This document shows, piece by piece, positions 9,241 through 18,179 of a stretch of DNA of 64,000 nt. Every line of letters starts with the position of its first letter. The first letter of the stretch is position 1. Under the pieces are notes generated by a model. The model made no database searches, was not told the DNA's origin, and saw only the letters and a list, made by a program, of their open reading frames with translations. The stretch is taken from positions 64,001-128,000 of IMG/VR virus record IMGVR_UViG_3300001533_002283, one strand, 5' to 3'. This DNA is from a virus. Made by a program: the position numbers and the translations under genes.

Positions 9241-10004
9241 GATTTTATTTTAAGATAATCTTCTAGGCAAAATTGGTTTGACATACAAAAATTCATTTCT
9301 GGATTACTAAAATTTGAACGGAAGTGTATCGACCGATAAACCTGCCAAGCTCGAAAATCTTGATAATTATTATAGTAAATGGTCTTCACTCTTACCACTT
9401 CATATTCACCTTTTGTAAAATTGTTAAGAGACTCATAAAGAATGTCTTCAAACGGCAGGCCAGAATTTACTTCTTTTAGAAAAATTGGTTTATCGGGAAA
9501 GTCGGGGATAATAGAAGATCCGTAATTTAGAGTGTTTCTCGCGTAAAAGCCATCAAAAAAAGAAATAGCTAAAAGTAGATTCGGGGTCCAACACTCTTTG
9601 AGTATAGACCAAGATGCCCTCATTTTATAATACTTATTCTTAATATTTCCGTAAACTCTGGAATATAGCTTAATTATATCAAAATAAGCATCAGAATTTT
9701 TCATAAAAACAATAACTTTTGATTCATCTGCTACGGATGCTTCGCTATGCTCTTCTGAATTTGAACACACCCACAACTCAAGGCCGAAAATTAATTGCAG
9801 ATTATTTTGTTCGCATAATTTTAGGGCGGCGGGGAAGTCATACATTCTTGTGGAAACAAAATAAACCTCCTTTAGTCCCGTTTTTTTGGCTAAAGTGATG
9901 ATAGATTGGGGGCCATCGGGAGATTCACAATCCTTTTCTGGCCACCAGACATTGGTTGCCCGCTGGGATGAATCCGAGTAAAAAATAGGAATAATATCAC
10001 TCAT
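9237..10004 (-). CDS. stand-alone PHP domain of Pol III alpha (metal ligands degenerate)
   Basis: IITLAKK.GL, LIFGLEL, IVFMKN..AY.DIIKLYS resemble the DnaE N-terminus; adjacent to exonuclease and dnaE core. Confidence 0.8.
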   Translation of the reverse strand: MSDIIPIFYSDSSQRATNVWWPEKDCESPDGPQSIITLAKKTGLKEVYFVSTRMYDFPAALKLCEQNNLQLIFGLELWVCSNSEEHSEASVADESKVIVFMKNSDAYFDIIKLYSRVYGNIKNKYYKMRASWSILKECWTPNLLLAISFFDGFYARNTLNYGSSIIPDFPDKPIFLKEVNSGLPFEDILYESLNNFTKGEYEVVRVKTIYYNNYQDFRAWQVYRSIHFRSNFSNPEMNFCMSNQFCLEDYLKIKS

Positions 10005-10028
10005 TTTATTCAACTTCCAAACCAAAAT

Positions 10029-10436
10029 TCAAAAATCTGAACGCCATTTTTCTTCCCCCTTTGGTTCGACCAGTTCCAAAAACACATGGTCCCAACCATC
10101 CAACTGATTCTTCTTCATCCCGTAAAGAATTGACTCATTTGCAAACCAAACAACGTCGGCCCAAGTTGGATTGGAAACAATCTTGCTTTTAAAACCATGC
10201 CGAGGCTCAACAAATCGGACTTTTGCCTTCACAAAAGTTAATTCAAAATCAGGATGCAGCACCGGCCATTTCTCCGAATTGTATTTCTCATCAGGATTCG
10301 CGTCTTCAAAAATACTAAAAGTCAGCACGTTTTCCTTCGCTCCGCGTTCAGTTAAAATTTTACTCACAGCTTTTTGCAAGTCCGAGTAGTCAGAATTAAC
10401 GGTGCATTGATCTTTGTAGGTTTTCATGGTGTTCAA
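10029..10436 (-). CDS. hypothetical protein, possible +1 frameshift near the C-terminus
   Basis: NPTWADV...DHVFLE; alternative frame continues ENGVQIFEFWFGS* to 10010. Confidence 0.6.
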   Translation of the reverse strand: MNTMKTYKDQCTVNSDYSDLQKAVSKILTERGAKENVLTFSIFEDANPDEKYNSEKWPVLHPDFELTFVKAKVRFVEPRHGFKSKIVSNPTWADVVWFANESILYGMKKNQLDGWDHVFLELVEPKGEEKWRSDF

Positions 10437-10837
10437 ATAAGAGTCTCCCCCAATTCCCGCGCCGAGTCAAGTTGTTTTTCCAAATCTAAGGGAAGAAGCG
10501 TGCTGTATAATTTGGTTTTAATCTCCCCTGCTTTTTCCCTGCTCAAATCCAATGCGTCTTCGTGGTTTTCTAGCGCATGACTCACTTCACGGAGAATCCC
10601 GTAAGTGAGTAAGGTTACTAAATAATTTTCTGCCTCCTCCAAAGTCTTAAACGTGGTGAATGTTGGCAAACGATGGAGAATATACCCGTGGTGCTCAACC
10701 GTATAATCAATATCTTGATAAGTGCAATAATTGATATTAATGGTAAAGCGGCAATCGCGGTCTTTGTGGTGGGCGGGACCAATGCACTGATACCAAAGGT
10801 CTAAGAGTTGAGTTACAACGGTATTTTTATTCATCAT
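10433..10837 (-). CDS. hypothetical protein
   Basis: HHKDRDC motif; tightly packed. Confidence 0.65.
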   Translation of the reverse strand: MMNKNTVVTQLLDLWYQCIGPAHHKDRDCRFTININYCTYQDIDYTVEHHGYILHRLPTFTTFKTLEEAENYLVTLLTYGILREVSHALENHEDALDLSREKAGEIKTKLYSTLLPLDLEKQLDSARELGETLI

Positions 10838-10843
10838 TTGTAT

Positions 10844-11056
10844 TTACTTTTTAAACCCGCCGAATATCTCACCAAATATATCCGCGCCGTTTTGTCCCGC
10901 CGCCACCTTCTTCCCCTCCTCAAAACCATCCCCTCGCGCATATTTACACGCAGTCAAAACAATCTTTTGCAACTGATTTGCGGTTAATTTAATTTCTCCA
11001 TCTTTCCAAGCGGGATTCACCCCCACGAACTTTTCCCAAATTTCTTTATCCGACAT
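10844..11056 (-). CDS. hypothetical protein
   Basis: Tightly packed ORF. Confidence 0.6.
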   Translation of the reverse strand: MSDKEIWEKFVGVNPAWKDGEIKLTANQLQKIVLTACKYARGDGFEEGKKVAAGQNGADIFGEIFGGFKK

Positions 11057-11261
11057 GTTTTGATTCCTCCTTGATTAATTGTTCCCCGTCGATCTTATCC
11101 CAATTTTCTTTCCAATCGGCAGTTTTAAAAAAATCTAAGATCTGAAATTTATTCATTCTCGGCGATTTAAACTCCAAAACATATTCTCCACACAAAATAG
11201 AGTAATAATCAGAAAAGCGCCAGCCCAGTCTTTCATATTTTCTAACTTCTTCTTTAGTCAT
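11046..11261 (-). CDS. hypothetical protein
   Basis: Start moved to MTKEE. Confidence 0.55.
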   Translation of the reverse strand: MTKEEVRKYERLGWRFSDYYSILCGEYVLEFKSPRMNKFQILDFFKTADWKENWDKIDGEQLIKEESKHVG

Positions 11262-11535
11262 AAACTTGTTTTCCCAGCATCTTTTCAACCTGTCCATCAG
11301 TTAGTTCAATTGGAGAATTATCCTTTAATAATTCAACCCATTCATTCCCCACTTTAATCTCCATAAAACCAATCTCCGTGCGAATCACCTCTCTCATTCC
11401 GAATTCGTGACAAAAGGAGTGATCGACTGGGATAGTTTCAACACGATATTCCACTTCATCAAGGTCGAAACTGGGATAAAGCCGCATTAGTTGAACTTTT
11501 TGGGAGAGGGTAAGTTCAAGGGTTGGAGTTCTCAT
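11254..11535 (-). CDS. hypothetical protein
   Basis: Directly behind a promoter motif. Confidence 0.65.
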   Translation of the reverse strand: MRTPTLELTLSQKVQLMRLYPSFDLDEVEYRVETIPVDHSFCHEFGMREVIRTEIGFMEIKVGNEWVELLKDNSPIELTDGQVEKMLGKQVYD

Positions 11536-11542
11536 AGGTGAG

Positions 11543-11571
11543 AGTAAAACACGTTATCGTTATTTGGTCAA
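11543..11571 (-). promoter_or_regulatory. promoter TTGACC-N17-TTTACT, ATG 7 nt downstream
   Basis: Motif and spacing. Confidence 0.5.
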
Positions 11572-12461
11572 GCCAATTCCTCTGCAAATTTCCTCAACTG
11601 TTCCTCATTGCAATCTAACCAGTCTTTCTCATCGGGCAGGCGAATGGCGATTTTCTCCTCGTTGAAGAATTGCAAGAGTTTTGCACGAATCTTTTCAGAA
11701 GCCATCAATCCGATTTTGCTCTTCTCGTTATTTAAGCTAATGATGATTTTCCCCGGATTCCACGATATTAGCTTTCCTAATAGGTGGGAGGATGGGGAGG
11801 TTCCAAAGATGGGAAGGGCGTAGGCGATGCCAGTTTTGCGAAGGGCGAGAACACACCCGATACCTTCAACGAGAATGATTTTACCGTGTTTTTTAACTGC
11901 CGCCTCAACATTTTTCCTGTCAAATAAAAATTTACTTTTGTCACCGAGTTTCTTCCAGCGGGGCGTCTCTTTAAAATCGCCCGAGGCTTCCCTGATCTTA
12001 TAAATATACCTTCCATCAAACCCATGAATCTGTCCATTATCATTGCGCAAGACAAAACAATAACGATTCTTCATCTTGCCTTTTAAAGCTACCCCACCTT
12101 CAAATTGAGAGATAATTTCTTGTGGGATGCCACGGTTAGTCCAGTAAGTGTAATCTTTTAATAGACCAGTTAGGATGGAGTCGGGATAAATCTCTTCTTG
12201 TTGAAGGACGGGCTCAGGAGAAGGGGCAACATAAGCGGATACTACCCCATCTGATTCAGTGCCGACTAGTTGCAAAATACCTGCGTTATGGCTTTTGTCT
12301 CCGGGAGCTACTACGCACGAGAACTTGCCGGAGCGATAAATCTTTAAGTGATTTCCTGAGCGGTCCCGATTTTCAACCTGTCGGCAAAAAGGGCAAGCAG
12401 CGGTCCAACCATCACTATCGGTTTTTAAATTTTCGAGTTTTTCTAGGTCAATTACGTTCAT
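11568..12461 (-). CDS. DnaG-like DNA primase (Zn finger + TOPRIM) with degenerate acidic motifs
   Basis: CPFC..H..C, GFDGR, PRWK, ILVEGIGC, SLNNE, KDWLD; downstream of dnaB. Confidence 0.8.
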   Translation of the reverse strand: MNVIDLEKLENLKTDSDGWTAACPFCRQVENRDRSGNHLKIYRSGKFSCVVAPGDKSHNAGILQLVGTESDGVVSAYVAPSPEPVLQQEEIYPDSILTGLLKDYTYWTNRGIPQEIISQFEGGVALKGKMKNRYCFVLRNDNGQIHGFDGRYIYKIREASGDFKETPRWKKLGDKSKFLFDRKNVEAAVKKHGKIILVEGIGCVLALRKTGIAYALPIFGTSPSSHLLGKLISWNPGKIIISLNNEKSKIGLMASEKIRAKLLQFFNEEKIAIRLPDEKDWLDCNEEQLRKFAEELA

Positions 12462-13840
12462 TCTATTTTCGTTTTATCTTCGGCGAATGGCTGAAATTTT
12501 TCACCAGATTCAGAACTTGGACCAGTCCATTCTTGGGTTTTGTATGGCAAATTATTTTCAACAATATATTTGTTGTATCCCGACAATGCCTCAAATTCCG
12601 TTAAATAGCAACCAATTTCCTTGAAAGGTTTCCCGTTTGGTCGCAAATAAGCATACCATCGACCATTATCTTTTCTACGAGAAATCCACTTGTATTTTGA
12701 ATGTTTTTTCTTCTCGGACAAAAATTTAACAAATTCTTCCCTATCCATATAAATATCTACGGGGTTAGGATAAAAAATCTCCCCGTAAGTTTCCCTGCCG
12801 TAATAATTATAGGCATTTATCGCCGCATCTCTGTTTGAATAATTACCGAAGTATTCCGTTCCTACAACACACGCCCAGCCGCGCCCGTTCTTTTTTACCC
12901 CTCTGACCAAATTCTTTCTTTTTCTATCGGGGTGAAAGTTAGCTTTGATTCCTGCTTCTTTTAATTGCTCTGTGCGGTTTTCATATTTATTGTCTTCCGC
13001 CCTCTGTAAAAAATCAAGATAACGGTTATATTTTCTATCCAGTCCAATTTTGTCGTTTTCTCTATTTTGATAGACGTAAGAAAGAAATTTAAAAACATTG
13101 TCTCTTGCGTCCAAGCTGATACTAGACGCCCTTCCTAGCTCTGTAACTCTTTTGCTAATTGAGTGTTTTGTAATGCCTAATTTTTCAAATAGTTTAACGG
13201 CAGAAAGCCAGTCATAGTTGTATGTTGACGCTATACTAACGTGATAGCCATTCTGCTCATGTCCAACACACCCATCCCCATCCAAAAGCCCGCGCCACCA
13301 ATAGTGTTTTAGATGATCGGGAATTTTAGATAAAATCTTGTCTGAATTAACATGAGACTTGATGTGGTGGTCAGTGCCGATTAAAAATTCTTTAATTGTG
13401 CTGTTGTGGACCCTCAACTGCGTGCATTCTTTATATTTTTTATGATTTTTCTTTATTTTAGATGCGGGCCAATAACCCATTTTATCTAAAACACGCTCTT
13501 TAATGTTCAAATAATCTTCTGTAGCTATACAGATAGAAAAACACCAACCTCTATCTCTAGCGCACCCATCCGCCCAAAAATAACCGAGAAAATAGGCAAC
13601 TTCCGGGGTTTGTATATCAAGAAATTGGGGAGACTTTACAGTTACTTGATCTTCACTATATCTCCGACCCATAGAAGCAACTAACCACTTTTCTTCTTTC
13701 GTTAGGATTAAATTATTTTTCTTAAAAAAGCTAGAAATATAACTTTTAGATTTGTTGGTGTATTTAGCACAATGAGTTATACCTTTTTGATAATTTTCAA
13801 AACAATATTCTGATTGTTCTTTTGTAAGCGAGGCTAACAT
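12458..13840 (-). CDS. free-standing LAGLIDADG homing endonuclease with AP2-like C-terminal domains
   Basis: AYFLGYFWADG and WWRGLLDGDG; YFGNY..RDAAINAYN and SKYKWIS...IGCY.TE.EA. Confidence 0.85.
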   Translation of the reverse strand: MLASLTKEQSEYCFENYQKGITHCAKYTNKSKSYISSFFKKNNLILTKEEKWLVASMGRRYSEDQVTVKSPQFLDIQTPEVAYFLGYFWADGCARDRGWCFSICIATEDYLNIKERVLDKMGYWPASKIKKNHKKYKECTQLRVHNSTIKEFLIGTDHHIKSHVNSDKILSKIPDHLKHYWWRGLLDGDGCVGHEQNGYHVSIASTYNYDWLSAVKLFEKLGITKHSISKRVTELGRASSISLDARDNVFKFLSYVYQNRENDKIGLDRKYNRYLDFLQRAEDNKYENRTEQLKEAGIKANFHPDRKRKNLVRGVKKNGRGWACVVGTEYFGNYSNRDAAINAYNYYGRETYGEIFYPNPVDIYMDREEFVKFLSEKKKHSKYKWISRRKDNGRWYAYLRPNGKPFKEIGCYLTEFEALSGYNKYIVENNLPYKTQEWTGPSSESGEKFQPFAEDKTKIE

Positions 13841-13841
13841 A

Positions 13842-15353
13842 TTAAAATGCCGGAGCATCCTCCCGTTGTTTTCCTAGTGGGATTTTCGAGCGGCCTGTTA
13901 GTTCCAATTGCTGAGAAAACGTGCCTTTATCGACCACCGAAAAGTTGGAAATATCAAAGTTAATAAAATTAGGTTTGTAACTAATCTGATTACCATCTTT
14001 AACCTTAATATAATCTAGGAATCCCGGTCCCTTTTCACCAAGATAACGGGTTTTAGTAGTAATTAGTTTATGACTTGCGGCCTTATACTCCGGTGTTGTA
14101 TCCGCCTGCATCTCGTCATGTGTTCGTTTTCTTAGAATGCCCATGTAAGAAACGAGCCAGTTCAAGCGATCCGACATGGACAAAACATTTTCGGAGTCAT
14201 CTATGGAACTTGCTGATTTACCGTTAGTTATACCAGAACGGTTAGTTTGAACCGCTGATAAAATGGGGCAATCGCAATATTCGGCCAACTCCTTCAAAAT
14301 TTGCGTTTTTTCATACGCCGCCACAAATTCTTGGGTGTTTTTATCAGTCTTATCCGCGCTAGTAATCTTTAGATAGTCGTAAATAACGACAAATGGGTTC
14401 CCTCTTCCCACTCTGTTTAAATAAAAACGCTTAACGTATTTTTCTAATTCCGAACCACTCTTGTTTCCGATAGATTCAAAATAAAGATTCTTTTGCTTCA
14501 TATTTCGAATCACATCCAACTCCTTTCTTATACGTGGAGCCCAAAGCGCGTCATAGCGCCATTTACGAGAATCAATTAACCAATATGGAACCCCAATTTT
14601 ACCTGCGATATAGCGTAAAACCGCATCTTCTTTAAACATCTCGGAATCCAGATAGAGTATGTTTAAATTCTCTTTTTCGGGATTCGCCGCAGGGAATTGC
14701 CGCATCAAATCAAGAAGAAATGTGCTTTTATTTCCGCCCGATCTAGCGGCAAAAAGCATCAGGTGCTTCGCTCTGGCGCAACCGATGTTTTCTTGAAAAG
14801 ATTTATGAGGCATGATTAAATCATTATTATTTATTGCCTCGTTACCATACTCCTCAATGATATCAGGCAAGACCTCTAGTAGGTTGGTTGGTTCTTGTTC
14901 ATCCCCGGACAAACTCACTAAACTATTGCCTAAATACTTATCCGTAATGCTAATTAAGTCCTTCGCCGATTTATCCTCGTTCTCCAACACCTCTTTCTTA
15001 ACCAACTCCGCATTATTGCAAATAGTTCTAACCAACGTCTTTTTCTTTAACGCCTTCGCCAAATCTACCAAATTGCGTTTGTCCACAGGCCGAATCTTTA
15101 ACGCCGCGCAATAATCGCCAACTTCAATTCCATCAAGTGTAATCCCCACTGATTTCAACTTCTCCGCTACAATAATCTCATCCGGCCTTCCTTTATTCTC
15201 CACAATGTTTGAAATCATGGCGAAGATGGAGGAATGTTGTCGGGAAAAATCCTTAGAATTAATAAAGGGGATTTCTACATAAGTTTCGGGATGTTGAAGG
15301 AGGATGGCGAGAATAGAGAGTTCAATTTCCGGTGAATATAACGATTTTGACAT
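13842..15353 (-). CDS. dnaB: replicative DNA helicase
   Basis: N-terminal E.SILA.LL, AARSGGNKST (Walker A variant), LDSEM, IYDYL, LKELA, SAVQTNR. Confidence 0.9.
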   Translation of the reverse strand: MSKSLYSPEIELSILAILLQHPETYVEIPFINSKDFSRQHSSIFAMISNIVENKGRPDEIIVAEKLKSVGITLDGIEVGDYCAALKIRPVDKRNLVDLAKALKKKTLVRTICNNAELVKKEVLENEDKSAKDLISITDKYLGNSLVSLSGDEQEPTNLLEVLPDIIEEYGNEAINNNDLIMPHKSFQENIGCARAKHLMLFAARSGGNKSTFLLDLMRQFPAANPEKENLNILYLDSEMFKEDAVLRYIAGKIGVPYWLIDSRKWRYDALWAPRIRKELDVIRNMKQKNLYFESIGNKSGSELEKYVKRFYLNRVGRGNPFVVIYDYLKITSADKTDKNTQEFVAAYEKTQILKELAEYCDCPILSAVQTNRSGITNGKSASSIDDSENVLSMSDRLNWLVSYMGILRKRTHDEMQADTTPEYKAASHKLITTKTRYLGEKGPGFLDYIKVKDGNQISYKPNFINFDISNFSVVDKGTFSQQLELTGRSKIPLGKQREDAPAF

Positions 15354-15395
15354 AGTTTTAAAAATGAAACTGGTAGAAGCGGGGCGAGAAAAGTA

Positions 15396-15424
15396 AATTT
15401 ACCTTATTTCCCCCGCCCCGTCAA
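15396..15424 (-). promoter_or_regulatory. promoter TTGACG-N17-TAAATT upstream of dnaB
   Basis: Near-consensus sigma70 elements immediately after a terminator. Confidence 0.75.
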
Positions 15425-15436
15425 TCTTAAAAAAGG

Positions 15437-15464
15437 AAAAAGCGCAAGGTGTGTTGCCCCGCGC
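15437..15464 (-). terminator. intrinsic terminator
   Basis: GCGCGGGG-caacaca-CCTTGCGC hairpin followed by TTTTT. Confidence 0.7.
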
Positions 15465-15500
15465 CTTGAGTTAACTAGTTGGGGTGTAACATCTAACACC

Positions 15501-15698
15501 TTACCATGCAATAATCGCCCCGAGCACGAGAGCAGAGAGAAGGGAGATTACGAAAACTCCCAACTTCATGGAGACTTTGCGGGACCAAAAATAGGTCTTA
15601 AAACCCTTTTCTTGGATCGCGGCGGTTTCGGACTGTGCTTTGTCAACAGTTTTGTTGATTTGGGTGAGGACTTGTTGTGTTTTGTTTGTGTTTGACAT
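15501..15698 (-). CDS. small protein with C-terminal transmembrane helix
   Basis: LGVFVISLLSALVLGAIIAW. Confidence 0.65.
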   Translation of the reverse strand: MSNTNKTQQVLTQINKTVDKAQSETAAIQEKGFKTYFWSRKVSMKLGVFVISLLSALVLGAIIAW

Positions 15699-15716
15699 AA
15701 AATAGTTTTATAAAAT

Positions 15717-17054
15717 TTACCTTACTTTTTCAGGAGGTTTAGAATAAATAATTTGTTGCAGTCCCCAATCAGAGAATAAAAGACCTTGCGCCGATTGAAC
15801 ATTTCCAATATAACCATTCGCGGAATGAAATTTATCGGGTGGGCACAACGCGGGACACACCAAAACGCGCACGCCCTTATGATCGGTTAGCTTGTCGGTG
15901 TGCCGATGACCGGTCAGAAAGGTAAATTGTTCATACTTAGAAACTTCTGATTGGCACTCCCTCATCATAATCAAAGGAAGGTCTTGGATTTTAGTATTCT
16001 CGGAATGTGTAAAGCCTATCAAATTTTTTCCAAAACCAAAATACTTTCTATCTAACGGCTCATTATTAACCTTTACATTTTCATGGTGACGAAAAAAGGC
16101 TTTAACATAACTTCCAAGGGCATATTCACTTAAACGACTGTGATTACCGCAAACAACCATAACCTCTACCTTGAATTGAGAGGCGAGTTTTTCCACTACC
16201 TCGGTAATCATCTGGCATCCCTCATTATAAACCTTAGACCATCTTGAGTCCGAATCCAATCTCGTTCCGGATGTGGTCGTGACTGATTCTGTGTCGAAAT
16301 GGAGGAGGTCCGAGCCACAAATAAGCATAACGGTTTCAATTTCCTCTGTAGGGGCGTTTTTAAGTAAATCGTCAACGGCTTCTTTATACACTTTTTTAGC
16401 AATATTAAGATCGAACGACCCCCAATTTGTTTCGGAATTAGCCGCCAACTTACCCAAGTGAGTATCCTGTAGGTTTAAAATATAAAGTTTTCCATTTTCC
16501 TTCGGACGACTATAAACAAAGTTTGAGGGCGAGAAATTGTCCGCTTCCTCTATGAATTGTTCCAATAGTTTTTGAACATGTTTCTCATCCTTCTTCTTCA
16601 CAAACTCCGCCTTGGCTTGAAAATTATCCCCGTATGAATTTGCGGTAAAGCGACTGACACTCCATTCATCCATATTAATACCGCAAACCTCGATAAGTTC
16701 ATCAAGGGTATAAATAACCTTACTATTTTTTACATCCACCACCGCCTTATCCCCTTTAACCTCAACTTTTGGCGCGGAAAATTTGGTGTTTTTAATACCT
16801 TCCATTTTATAAACCTTCCCATCTCCACCCACTACAGAGGTAGCACTAAAATCTTTTTCTCCCTTTTTTGCCTTATCAATCCCGATTTGATACCCACCCC
16901 CAAATATCTTCCGCCATTTGTTATTCCGCGCGGTCTTCTTCAACCCCCAAATTTTCCCAATTTCTTTTCTAACAGTAGTAGAATCTACGTTTTTTGCCAA
17001 CTCCTTGATGTGTTTTACCTTATCTTGTTCTGTCTTTAGGGTGTTGTTACTCAT
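15717..17054 (-). CDS. calcineurin-like metallophosphoesterase with N-terminal extension
   Basis: DTHLG, GSDLLH, GNHS, FTHS, GHRH. Confidence 0.85.
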   Translation of the reverse strand: MSNNTLKTEQDKVKHIKELAKNVDSTTVRKEIGKIWGLKKTARNNKWRKIFGGGYQIGIDKAKKGEKDFSATSVVGGDGKVYKMEGIKNTKFSAPKVEVKGDKAVVDVKNSKVIYTLDELIEVCGINMDEWSVSRFTANSYGDNFQAKAEFVKKKDEKHVQKLLEQFIEEADNFSPSNFVYSRPKENGKLYILNLQDTHLGKLAANSETNWGSFDLNIAKKVYKEAVDDLLKNAPTEEIETVMLICGSDLLHFDTESVTTTSGTRLDSDSRWSKVYNEGCQMITEVVEKLASQFKVEVMVVCGNHSRLSEYALGSYVKAFFRHHENVKVNNEPLDRKYFGFGKNLIGFTHSENTKIQDLPLIMMRECQSEVSKYEQFTFLTGHRHTDKLTDHKGVRVLVCPALCPPDKFHSANGYIGNVQSAQGLLFSDWGLQQIIYSKPPEKVR

Positions 17055-17070
17055 ATTAGGTTATAATTAA

Positions 17071-17099
17071 AATTTGTTTGGTTTAGGTTAGCTTGTCAA
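17071..17099 (-). promoter_or_regulatory. promoter TTGACA-N17-CAAATT
   Basis: Motif and spacing. Confidence 0.6.
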
Positions 17100-17159
17100 G
17101 GGTAGAATCTGCCCCTTTGTATTGTTTCTCTCTTACAGGTTTTCTCGCCATTTTGGAAA

Positions 17160-18179
17160 TCACTGAAATGATAGTTGTTGGGGTTTCCCCTCCTTGTTAA
17201 AGAAAAACGAGCAACCTGAATAAAACCTCTTCTCCACCTTAATCCCTTCCGGTTTCTCATTTTCAAAATAACTCTTCTTAATCTCCCTCTTCTCATCCAA
17301 CTCTACCCAATACCACATTGGTTTTCTTGCGGGACAAATCCAGAGCGGGGTTCCGTCCTTTTTCAACCCTTCCTTTTCGGTTCCGCATAAACGAAATTTG
17401 GTTGGGTCAAGGTAGGCAATTACATCATTCGTATTGGCTAGAGAGAAATTTTCAATTTGAGTTTGAATATCGGTCAGATAATGTTCAAATCCATTTAATA
17501 ATTCTTGAGAATAAATACCTGTTGATTGGATAGGATTTTTACGAAACTTTAAAAAGAGAAAATCAAATGAAAGTAATTCGTGCTCGGGGAACAAATATCG
17601 CGCAACTAATTGATAGATTATTGATTGCACATTATTTTCTAATTTTTCTTTTTTAAAAAAATCCTTGCTCGACTTATAATCGACTATCTTTACATATTTT
17701 TTACCATCCCTAATGATTAAATACGCCTTATCAATAAACCCAAGTAATTTGTATCTGATCCCGCGCTCTTTGTCAATCACTTCAAAATTAAACTCTTTTT
17801 CAATGAGAGTTTCGACTGTTCCTTCGGGTTCTTGGTCCCAGATTAAACCAGTGAGGACAAAAAAATCAATTAGGCCCAAGTTGGCTTGGTCGCCGACATT
17901 GTGTTTGTTTGCATAAGTTTTTAACAATCGCCAAAGAGAAGGAAAAGGTTTTATTGAATCTTTTTCTATAATCTTGGGGATTAAATGTTTTCTTTTGGGG
18001 GAACTTAGCAGCTCTAACATTAAGTGGGCGCTACTGCCTCTGCTAGAACCCGGATTGCCCGAGTCGGGAAGTTTATATAAATATGACGCCGCATACTTGG
18101 CGGAACAAAAACAAAAAGCGTCTAATCGGCTTGCACTAATATGTTTTTTTAACTCAAAATTTGGACCAAAATTAATCAT
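17160..18179 (-). CDS. PD-(D/E)XK exonuclease (RecB/Cas4-like)
   Basis: ISASRL...C, RGS.AH, GFIDK, IVDYKS, Q..IY, C-terminal cysteines. Confidence 0.85.
   Translation of the reverse strand: MINFGPNFELKKHISASRLDAFCFCSAKYAASYLYKLPDSGNPGSSRGSSAHLMLELLSSPKRKHLIPKIIEKDSIKPFPSLWRLLKTYANKHNVGDQANLGLIDFFVLTGLIWDQEPEGTVETLIEKEFNFEVIDKERGIRYKLLGFIDKAYLIIRDGKKYVKIVDYKSSKDFFKKEKLENNVQSIIYQLVARYLFPEHELLSFDFLFLKFRKNPIQSTGIYSQELLNGFEHYLTDIQTQIENFSLANTNDVIAYLDPTKFRLCGTEKEGLKKDGTPLWICPARKPMWYWVELDEKREIKKSYFENEKPEGIKVEKRFYSGCSFFFNKEGKPQQLSFQ

Noticed and set aside
7391-13858. Group I introns or inteins around the LAGLIDADG genes
   Set aside because: Flanking genes are complete with their own starts and stops, overlaps leave no room for a ribozyme core, and there are no intein splice-junction residues
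17160-18179. Cas4/CRISPR system
   Set aside because: No repeat-spacer array or other cas genes seen; stand-alone phage exonuclease
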